Position numbers and translations under genes: made by a program. From Kiritimatiellia bacterium (lineage in GTDB: Bacteria; Verrucomicrobiota; Kiritimatiellia; RFP12; JBMNHG01): a DNA stretch of 64,000 nucleotides. Location: assembly GCA_045627705.1 (NCBI GenBank), contig JAZQOE010000124.1, forward strand, positions 17,865-81,864. Direction: 5' to 3'. Shown here in pieces: positions 25,986 through 34,300 of the stretch; positions within the stretch are counted from its first letter, which is position 1, and every line of letters starts with the position of its first letter. The notes below the pieces were generated by a model, which was not told where the DNA came from, made no database searches, and saw nothing but the letters and a program-made list of their open reading frames with translations.

Positions 25986-27338
25986 ATGGACGCACCGACA
26001 ATCGGCTTCATCTCCCTCGGCTGCGCGAAGAACCTGGTCGATTCGCAGGTGATGGCCGGTGCCCTCATGGATGCCGGCATCGCGCTCGCGGCGGTTGACG
26101 AGGCCGACGTAATACTCGTAAACACCTGCGCATTCGTCCAGGACGCGCGCGACGAGGCGATGCGCAACATCGACTGGGCCTGCGGACAAAAGACCGCGGG
26201 CAACTGCCGCGCCGTGATCGTCGCCGGCTGCCTTCCCCAGCGATACAAGGGTGCGCTTGCGAAAGTCTTCCCGCAAGTCGATGCATTCATCGGCGTCGAT
26301 GAACTCGACCTGATTGGCGAAGTCGCGCTCGCCGCGCTGAAACGACGCAAGCGCTCCGCCGCCGAAGTTCGCGTTGGCGAAGGCCTCCCATGCAGGGTGT
26401 TCAATCCCACGCGCCCAGCATTGCGCTTCTCCGGCGAGCATTGCGCCTTCCTGAAGATCGCCGAAGGATGCATGCACGCATGCGCATACTGCGCGATTCC
26501 AGGCATACGCGGACGACAGCGCTCGCGCACGCTTCCAGACATTGTCAACGAGGCAAGGGCGTTGCTCGACACAGGCGTGAAGGAACTCACGCTCATCGCA
26601 CAGGACACGACCGCGTACGGACGAGACAAGAAAAACGGCGCGCCGCGTCTCCCGGAACTGCTCCGCGCGCTTGACGCCCTCGATGGCGACTTCTGGCTTC
26701 GTCTGCTCTACGGTCATCCGGGCACTGTTGACGATGCGCTTCTCGATGCGATGTCGTCATGCCGCCACGTTGTCCCATACCTCGATCTTCCAATCCAGCA
26801 TAGTTCCCCCGCGATCCTGCGCGCCATGCACCGCGCCGATACGGTAAAGGCTGTCGCCGATCTTCCACGACGCCTTCGCGCCGCCATTCCTTCCATCACC
26901 CTTCGCACGACATGCATGGTTGGCTTCCCCGGAGAAGGCGAAGAGGAGTTCGATCAGCTGCTGGACTACGTGGGAGAAGCGCGTTTCGACGCCCTTGGCG
27001 CCTTTGTGTTCTGTCCGGAAGAGGACACCCCGGCCTACGGGTTGCCGATTCCTCCCGCGGAGGTTTCGGAGGCGCGCCGCGAAAAACTGCTCGCCCTGCA
27101 GCAGCGGATCATGCGCGAAAACCACAGGGCGCTTGTCGGGCGGACCGATCGCGCATTGCTGTTGCAACCGCCGTCCCGCAAGGGTGGCGCGTGGCTTGCT
27201 CGCACAACACGTCAGGCGCCAGAAGTCGATGGTTGGACGCGCGTGAGCAGCGTACCGTCATCCGCCAAGCCAGGCGATTTCATTTCCGTCCGCTACACTG
27301 GCGGACATGGATGCGACCTTACCGCGTGCATCTGTTAA
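25986..27338 (+). CDS. rimO: ribosomal protein S12 methylthiotransferase RimO (radical-SAM MTTase with TRAM domain)
   Basis: IGFISLGCAKNLVDSQVM (MTTase N-domain). Radical-SAM CxxxCxxC (CMHACAYCAIP). C-terminal TRAM-like region. Confidence 0.8.
   Translation: MDAPTIGFISLGCAKNLVDSQVMAGALMDAGIALAAVDEADVILVNTCAFVQDARDEAMRNIDWACGQKTAGNCRAVIVAGCLPQRYKGALAKVFPQVDAFIGVDELDLIGEVALAALKRRKRSAAEVRVGEGLPCRVFNPTRPALRFSGEHCAFLKIAEGCMHACAYCAIPGIRGRQRSRTLPDIVNEARALLDTGVKELTLIAQDTTAYGRDKKNGAPRLPELLRALDALDGDFWLRLLYGHPGTVDDALLDAMSSCRHVVPYLDLPIQHSSPAILRAMHRADTVKAVADLPRRLRAAIPSITLRTTCMVGFPGEGEEEFDQLLDYVGEARFDALGAFVFCPEEDTPAYGLPIPPAEVSEARREKLLALQQRIMRENHRALVGRTDRALLLQPPSRKGGAWLARTTRQAPEVDGWTRVSSVPSSAKPGDFISVRYTGGHGCDLTACIC
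26631..26645. repeat. copy of the dispersed palindromic motif (aaaaacggcgcgccg) inside rimO
   Basis: Exact 15-mer. Encodes KNGAP. Confidence 0.5.
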
Positions 27339-27412
27339 CTGCTCCATAAGATGGCTAACAAGGGACGCATCCCGATTTCTTCTGATGAAAGCAGCCAAAT
27401 GTTCGTTTCCGG

Positions 27413-27437
27413 AAAATCGGGGTCTGTCCCTATTTCC
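27413..27437 (+). repeat. left copy of an inverted repeat (core CGGGGTCTGTCCC) flanking the GH63-like gene
   Basis: aaaatcggggtctgtccctatttcc. The reverse-complement partner lies at 29252..29275. Confidence 0.5.
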
Positions 27438-27454
27438 ACAACAAGCCTGATGCA

Positions 27455-29197
27455 TTGGAACTTGCAATGAAACTTGACTTTTCGACTACGCCGTTTAGCG
27501 CACCGGGTTCCTATCTCGCGATTTCTCGTCACGCCAAGGGCGATCGCTGGCAGGCTTCCGCGGATGGCCTTTATCTCCGCACTGTCCATGCCAACGTATC
27601 CACGCCATTCATCTGTCGCTTTGTGCCGATTTGCGACGGAATGCCGATCGAAGATTTCACTTGCGAGATGGATCCCGCCGAACTGCGGGTTTCCACCCAA
27701 TCGGGCGAAATCCGATTCTGCTTCGCAAGCGAACGCACAATCCTTATGCGCACGCAAGGCGCGGGTCTTTCCGTCCGCCTTGATTTCCTTGCCGAGGGAA
27801 CGGTATTCAATCACTTCACGGAAATGCCGTGCGACGGCCGGACGCTTTGGATGGCGAATGCCGACAAGAATCTCTCGCGCTTCGTGCTTGACCCGCAGCG
27901 CGGCGCTCTTTCGATCGATCAGGAGTGGAAGATTTCCAGTTCCCTGCGGATGGCCGCAGAGATTGCGCCTGCGCCAGGCGAGGGCAGCGCACAGCTGGCC
28001 ATTCACGAGGTGCGCACGGAATGGGATGGCAAACCTCTGCCGAAAGATTACGATGGAGCGCGGGCCTTGCAGGCTGCCTCATTCGAAAAGTTCCTCGATG
28101 CGATGCCAAGCGTGCCAGCGGGATTCGCCAACGCCAGGATTGTGGCCTCGCACCTTCTCTGGTCAACATACGTGCTCGCGGAGGGATTCCTTCTCCGCCC
28201 CGCGCTGTATATGTCGAAGAACTGGATGACGCGCGTCTGGAGCTGGGACCACTGCTTCAATGCGCTTGCGCTGAATGTGCATCTACCGGAATTGGCATGG
28301 AGCCAGTTCATGGTCCTATTCGATCTGCAGGATCCAACGACAGGCGCGGTGCCTGACTGCGCTTGCGACGGCCAGGTCTTCTGGGGCTTTTGCAAACCGC
28401 CGATCCATGGTTGGGCATTGCGCCGCATGATGGCGGAACATGACATTCCACCGTCGCATCTCGCGGAAGCATACGACCGCATCGGGCGTTGGACGGAATG
28501 GTGGTTCTCCCGCCGCGACCTCGACCACAACGGCCTCTGCGAATACAACCACGGCAACGATTCAGGATGGGATAATTCGACGGCCTTTGCGCTTCCTCCT
28601 CCAGTCGAACTCCCGGACTTGCAGGCGTTCCTTGCAATCCAGATGGATGTCCTTGGCGAACTCGCGGAGAAACTGGACAGGCGCGACGAGGCCGCGGCAT
28701 GGCGCAAACGTTCCGATGAACTTATCGCGCACATGGCCGCGAACTGCTTTGACGCCGATGGAATGCCTATCGCGCGCCGCGCCTACTCCCGCGAGGTTGT
28801 TCCGTGCGACAGTCTGATACTCTACCTGCCGATTCTGCTCGGCAAGCGGTTGCCAGAGCGCATCCGCGCCACGCTCGTGCGCGAGCTGTCATCGGACCGC
28901 TTCCTTACCGAATGGGGCTATGCTACCGAAAGTCCGAAGAGCCCCGCATACGAATCCGATGGCTACTGGCGCGGTCCAATCTGGGCGCCAAGTACGCTGC
29001 TCATTCTCGATGGCCTTCGCGCATGCGGCGAGGAAGCGCTTGCCCGCCGCGTGGCCGAACGATTTGCGCTCATGTTCGCGAGGAGCGGCAGCGCGGAAAA
29101 CTTCGACGCCCAAACAGGCGAAGGCCTCCGCGACAGGGCATACACCTGGACCGCGAGCGCCTTCCTCGTTATCGCGCACGACTATCTGGGCTCGTAG
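27455..29197 (+). CDS. six-hairpin (alpha/alpha)6 glycoside hydrolase, GH63/MGH1-like
   Basis: WSWDHCFNALAL, EYNHGNDSGWDNS and GYWRGPIWAPSTLL are typical of mannosylglycerate hydrolase / GH63 / trehalase-type (alpha/alpha)6 glycosidases. The family assignment is tentative. Confidence 0.5.
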   Translation: MELAMKLDFSTTPFSAPGSYLAISRHAKGDRWQASADGLYLRTVHANVSTPFICRFVPICDGMPIEDFTCEMDPAELRVSTQSGEIRFCFASERTILMRTQGAGLSVRLDFLAEGTVFNHFTEMPCDGRTLWMANADKNLSRFVLDPQRGALSIDQEWKISSSLRMAAEIAPAPGEGSAQLAIHEVRTEWDGKPLPKDYDGARALQAASFEKFLDAMPSVPAGFANARIVASHLLWSTYVLAEGFLLRPALYMSKNWMTRVWSWDHCFNALALNVHLPELAWSQFMVLFDLQDPTTGAVPDCACDGQVFWGFCKPPIHGWALRRMMAEHDIPPSHLAEAYDRIGRWTEWWFSRRDLDHNGLCEYNHGNDSGWDNSTAFALPPPVELPDLQAFLAIQMDVLGELAEKLDRRDEAAAWRKRSDELIAHMAANCFDADGMPIARRAYSREVVPCDSLILYLPILLGKRLPERIRATLVRELSSDRFLTEWGYATESPKSPAYESDGYWRGPIWAPSTLLILDGLRACGEEALARRVAERFALMFARSGSAENFDAQTGEGLRDRAYTWTASAFLVIAHDYLGS

Positions 29198-29251
29198 CAA
29201 TGAAATACATGGATGGCAACAAGTTTAGGTAAGAGGTAAAAGGTTGGCGGG

Positions 29252-29275
29252 GGCAATGGGGACAGACCCCGTTTC
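29252..29275 (-). repeat. right (inverted) copy of the repeat flanking the GH63-like gene
   Basis: ggcaatggggacagaccccgtttc is the reverse complement of gaaacggggtctgtccccattgcc. The 13-bp core is identical to the copy at 27418..27430, and the small hairpin GGGG-acaga-CCCC is preserved. Confidence 0.5.
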
Positions 29276-29326
29276 GTGCGCTTCTTCCCTTGAACAATTC
29301 GGGTTTCGCGGATAATCTTTGGAAAA

Positions 29327-31249
29327 ATGCGTTCGTTCCTGAAATTCATGTCGGGACTTGTAAAGGTTGTCCTATGCATGATCGGGTTGCTGGTTGTTGT
29401 GCTGGCACTTTTCCTGAATGCCTGCTCGCGGCGAGTCCCCGATGCCCTTGCGCGCCGTATCGAGGATGCGCTTTGCACGGATGCGATCTGCGTTCGCTTC
29501 GATACCGCCGCATTCAATTTGTTCGAGGGCATCACCTTCAATCGTATGCGGCTCTACGCGCGTGGAATGCTCGGCCAGCCGCTTGTGGAAGTCGATAGCC
29601 TTCATGTCGGGCTAACCCTACGCTTTGGAAGTTCGATACCGGAATGTATCGATTCGCTTTCATTGCGCGGCCTTGATTTCGCAGAGTTCCCCGATTTCGA
29701 CAGACTGGGCGGCCTGTTGGCCGATACCGCGGAGGATGCCGGCGATGATCCCGGGTCTTCAGCGTATTCTTGGATGATGCGCCCAATCGACTTGGATATC
29801 CGCGATTTCAATTTCCTCGGCACTAGAATCGAGACTGTCACATCGCGTGTCACGCTGCGCGGGCGCATCTTCCACTTCGATGATTTCCGGTTGCACTGGG
29901 CCGGTGAAAACTGGCCCGAACACGCCATCGGAGAATTGACGCACAATATCGACGAGGGTTCATTCCGTTTTTCGCTCGACGGATATGCCACCCCAAAACC
30001 GCTTTATCCTATTTTCCATGCGATCGGTGCGAACGGCGTGGTGAGGTTTTGCGAAGACTTCTCGAATTTCCATTCGCCCCTTGAGACGAAGTTCGAGCTT
30101 TTGCAGCGCGACATGGCTTCTCCGACGGAGATTAAGGTGTCGTTGGACGGAGGAGGCTTCGACTATCTTGGCATGCCACTTGCGCATGCCCGCGCCGTGG
30201 TGACCTATTCCGAGGGCGGCATTAGAAACCAGGTGAAGGTCAAGTCGCTTTTCGCGGAGCATGGCACAGGCGTTGTTTCCGGCGATATGGAACTCGATCC
30301 AGATTGCGAGTGCCTGTCGATGAACCTGAAATCCACGGTCGCTGTTCCGGTGGTTGCAAGGGTGATCTCCGACTTCAATGCCGAACTTGCGTCGAATGTC
30401 GTCGCGGCGATTTCATTCGATGCGCCACCAACAATCACTGCTTCGGGGAAGGTGAGCTTGGACGGAAGCGAGACCGTCGATCTGCGCGGGCATATTACGT
30501 CGGTCCATCCGTTTACGGTCATCGACGTGCCCGTGGAGAGCGCCGACAGCGATTATGCCCTGACCGAGAAATACTGCGATTTCCCGAACATGTCCGCGTC
30601 TGCGTTCGGCGGGATGGTGACAGGGCTTGTGCATCTTGCGGAAATTCCCGGCACCACGAACCAAGAGTGGATGGTGCATGGCGTGGGGGAGGGGACAGGC
30701 CTCAAATTCGGGGACTTCTGCCGCGATTTGTTCGCGTACACGAACTCTTTTGGCGGCGTGCTCAATGGCACATTCGACCTTTCCGCTCCGCTTGAGCGCG
30801 GGGCTTTCCCCACTGGATTCGGACATGCCAGGGTGCATGACGGCATAATCGCGCGCATTCCGCTCTTCGCAGGCTTTACCGACTATCTCGCCGAGAATAT
30901 CCCAGGTATCGACACTGTCGTCACACAGTCTGATTTGTCGGGTGATTTTGTCTGCACCAATCGCCAGTTCCGTACGGAGAATCTTCTTGTCGAAGGCGGA
31001 TTCTTTAGCATGCGCGCGAGTGGCCGCTATCGCGACATCGACCATTCGCTTGATTTTGTCGCCAAGGTTCGTCTCCTTCGCGAGAAGACGCTTGCAGGCA
31101 AGCTTATCCGAATCGTCACCTTCCCATTTAACAAGTTCCTTGAATTCCGCGTGTTCGGCACTGCGGAAGAACCGAGGTGGGCGTACATTGGCATTTTGGA
31201 CCGCGTGATCGATATCTTCCGTGGCGAAGACGAAGAAGCCGACGAATAG
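29327..31249 (+). CDS. membrane-anchored hypothetical protein, possibly AsmA-family-like
   Basis: N-terminal TM VKVVLCMIGLLVVVLALFL. 640 aa, beta-rich. The C-terminal ...RVFGTAEEPRW is reminiscent of AsmA/TamB-type C-termini. Weak. Confidence 0.3.
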   Translation: MRSFLKFMSGLVKVVLCMIGLLVVVLALFLNACSRRVPDALARRIEDALCTDAICVRFDTAAFNLFEGITFNRMRLYARGMLGQPLVEVDSLHVGLTLRFGSSIPECIDSLSLRGLDFAEFPDFDRLGGLLADTAEDAGDDPGSSAYSWMMRPIDLDIRDFNFLGTRIETVTSRVTLRGRIFHFDDFRLHWAGENWPEHAIGELTHNIDEGSFRFSLDGYATPKPLYPIFHAIGANGVVRFCEDFSNFHSPLETKFELLQRDMASPTEIKVSLDGGGFDYLGMPLAHARAVVTYSEGGIRNQVKVKSLFAEHGTGVVSGDMELDPDCECLSMNLKSTVAVPVVARVISDFNAELASNVVAAISFDAPPTITASGKVSLDGSETVDLRGHITSVHPFTVIDVPVESADSDYALTEKYCDFPNMSASAFGGMVTGLVHLAEIPGTTNQEWMVHGVGEGTGLKFGDFCRDLFAYTNSFGGVLNGTFDLSAPLERGAFPTGFGHARVHDGIIARIPLFAGFTDYLAENIPGIDTVVTQSDLSGDFVCTNRQFRTENLLVEGGFFSMRASGRYRDIDHSLDFVAKVRLLREKTLAGKLIRIVTFPFNKFLEFRVFGTAEEPRWAYIGILDRVIDIFRGEDEEADE

Positions 31250-31277
31250 CGCGTTGCGACAATTTCGAGAAACCCCC

Positions 31278-31306
31278 TTGCTTGATTTCCAGAATTATTG
31301 TAAATT
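31278..31306 (+). promoter_or_regulatory. candidate sigma70 promoter of giant gene 2 (TTGCTT-N17-TAAATT), with RBS AAGGAG 8 nt before the ATG
   Basis: cttgcttgatttccagaattattgtaaatt. The same 'cttgatt' theme appears upstream of paralogs 3 and 4. Confidence 0.35.
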
Positions 31307-31345
31307 GGCCAAAGTCGATTCGGTTCCCCTGTAAGGAGTTGCGTT

Positions 31346-34300
31346 ATGTCGTTCAATAAATCCCGCTCGTGTCGGTTGTTCGCCGGCGCAGTTGCCGCCT
31401 TGGCGGCGTTGTTGCCATCGGTTTCCCGTGGCGATGTCGCATTGTCGGGCCAGTTGCCATCCGGATACTGGACAGACTTGCTTCACCTCGGCTCAAATTT
31501 CAATACCGATGATTTGGTCCAGGGTGGCGACGATTGGCTTGCGGGGTGGGGTGGCCAGGCTAACCAGCACCCTTATCCCGGGCAGAAGTACACCGATCTG
31601 CGGACTTCCGGCTCCACGGCTACTCCGGGTTCCCTTGTCTGGACACCGTCTTCTTTCGATGGTGGCATCTGGCAGCCAAGCAACCGCGATTCATACACGA
31701 AATTCTGGCATGTCTATGTCATCGTGCCGGGGACCAGTCCCCGCGAGGTGTATTTTTATACTCGGCAGGATGACGATGTCCGCGTCTGGAACAATGGCAT
31801 CCTGGCTTTCGAAAGCATCGGCTGGGATAACAATGCCGAGAAGGGGCCTTTCCCCGCAGTATTGGTTCCCGGGCAAAATTCGATAACCATCAGGCTCGAC
31901 GAGGGCACCGGCGGCGACTACATGGCTATCCGTGTAACCGACCGCAATAACAACCCATACAGCGATCTCACCTATTCGCTCGTCCCTAGTCCGGAGTTTT
32001 GCGATCCGCTCGCAGGCATTTCGGGGTTTACCTCGACCAACGCCGCCAAGGTTGCGTTCCTGCCTTCTTTGCCGACTGCCACCGAATACCAGTTGTCGCT
32101 TTCCAATGACCCCGCCGAGCTGGATACCAACGGCTGGCTCGCTTATACCGAGGGCTTGCAGCCTGATTCTATCATCGACTTCCCCAAGCCGGCCACAAGC
32201 CTGGCTTCGATTGCCATCTATGCCTGGTTCCGCACCAATGGGGACGACTCCACCATTGAGTCCGTCTCAAATTCAATCCTCTACAATGTCACCCCTCCCG
32301 TGGCCGTGACAAAGGATATCGTTGTCCCAATCAACCCCGCGGCCGGCCGCGAAATCCTGCCCATCGAAATCGATGCCGGTTCACATGACGACTTTGTCGG
32401 CGTGCGCAGCATGGCGGTCTCCCCCGGCAAGATCACCGGCAGCGGACCCGTCACTCTCACCGTTTACAATTCCCTCGGCGTCGCCGGTACCGCCACGGCC
32501 CAAATTACCGCCGTTCCCGCCGAAGGCCCGCTTCCCCACGGCAATTGGACGACAATGCTCCACCTGGGTACCATTTTCAACCAGGATGACCTTTCGAATT
32601 CCGGCGGCATCGATGCCGACCATCTCGAATCGTATGGCGGACAGGCCAACCAGAAGCCTTACCATGGCCTCACATACGATGGTCTTCCAACGGCCCTGCA
32701 TGGTACCGCTCCGCTCACTTGGACGGCTTCCTACGATTCCGATGGCCACTGGGAGCCTTCCGGCCGCGACAACTATATCAAGTATTGGCATGTCTATCTC
32801 AATGTCCCCGGCCCGACAAACCGTACCGCGCGCTTCAATTTCCTCCATGACGATAACGTCCGCGCCTGGAATAACGGTTCGCTTTTCTACTCCCGAAATT
32901 ACGATGGCGCATGGCATTCCGTCGATACTCCTCTCGTTCCCGGCTTGAACTCCATTACTTTCAAGCTTGAAGAGGGCGGCGGCGGCGACTATTTCGAGGT
33001 CAACATGACCGACACCGCCGGCAATTTCATGGATGATGTCACCTTCCAGCTTGATCCTACTGAGTTCAAGATCGAGAACCCGATTACGGGCAGCGTCGAT
33101 TTCCTCGGCACAAACGCCCTCCGCGTGGCCAAGATGCCACGCGATCCCGGCGCGACTGCCTACCAGTTAACGCTCAGCGGCGATGAGGCTTCGATCGATT
33201 CCGACAATTGGCTCGAATACTTCCCCGGCATGACTCCTTCCGATTTGTTCTCTTTCGCCGAGCCAGCCGCCGACGGTCCGATTACGATCCACGCCTGGAT
33301 GCGTTCCTCCATCGGTACGAACCACTACGAGGGCCCGTCGATCACCTACACCCACGACGTCCCGATCGTCAAAGTGAAGCCGGCCGACCTCGACATCGAC
33401 CCCGTCAACGGCACCACCGTGCTGCCTTCGGATATCGATGATGGCACTTCCGATCCTGTCTCCGGGATCTATTCGCTCTCGGTCGTGCCACCTGTAATCT
33501 ACGAACCCACGGATGTCACGCTCGTCGCGATGAACAACGCCGGCCTCGTTTCCACCGCCACGACCTCGGTCGCCCCGTCGTTCTGGGCGGCTCTCGATGT
33601 CGTCGGCGACGATACCGCATACTCCACCCTCGAAGCCAGCTTCCAGGCCGTCGCCTACGGTTCCCCCGCGGCGACTGCCACGGTGTTCTGCTCGTGGAAT
33701 TTCGGCGATGGTTCCGCCGCCGTCGAAGGCCAGGACCTTTTCTCCACCACGCACCTCTATGATCGCCCCGGCGCATTCGATGTCTCGCTGACGATGACCA
33801 GCGCCCTCGGCGATGTCTCGGTAACCAATATCGTCAAGGCGATCAAGATTCTTGGCGACCGCTTTGTCGCTTCCGCCGATGCCGGCGCAGGCGTTTATCC
33901 GTACACCGACGAAACCCTCGCCAGCTCCGACATCGCCGCCGTAGTCGCCGCCGCGCAGCAGGCTTCCGCCGCCGGCGCCGAAGGCGTGGTCGTCGAGGTC
34001 GGGCCGGGCAGCTACGATCTTACGACGCAGATCGACCTCGTCGAGCCTATCACCCTCCTCGGCGTCGCCGGCCCCGCGGACACGCATCTGCGGCAGACCG
34101 TCGATCAGCTGTGCGTTGTCACCGTCTCCACGAATGCCACCGTCGCCGGTCTCACGCTCCACGGCAAGTTTATCTCCAATGACAACCGCGTTGGCGGCGG
34201 CATCCGCATGACTTCCGGCGTCGCCACCAATATCGTCGTCACCGATTGTACGGGCGGTGGCCACGCCATAGGCCCGCTGTATGGCTCCGCCTATCTCGAT

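Noticed and set aside
25403-26717. Minus-strand ORFs 25403..26629 and 25899..26717 over the rodZ-like gene and rimO
   Set aside because: Antisense shadow ORFs. The plus strand has radical-SAM and MTTase motifs.
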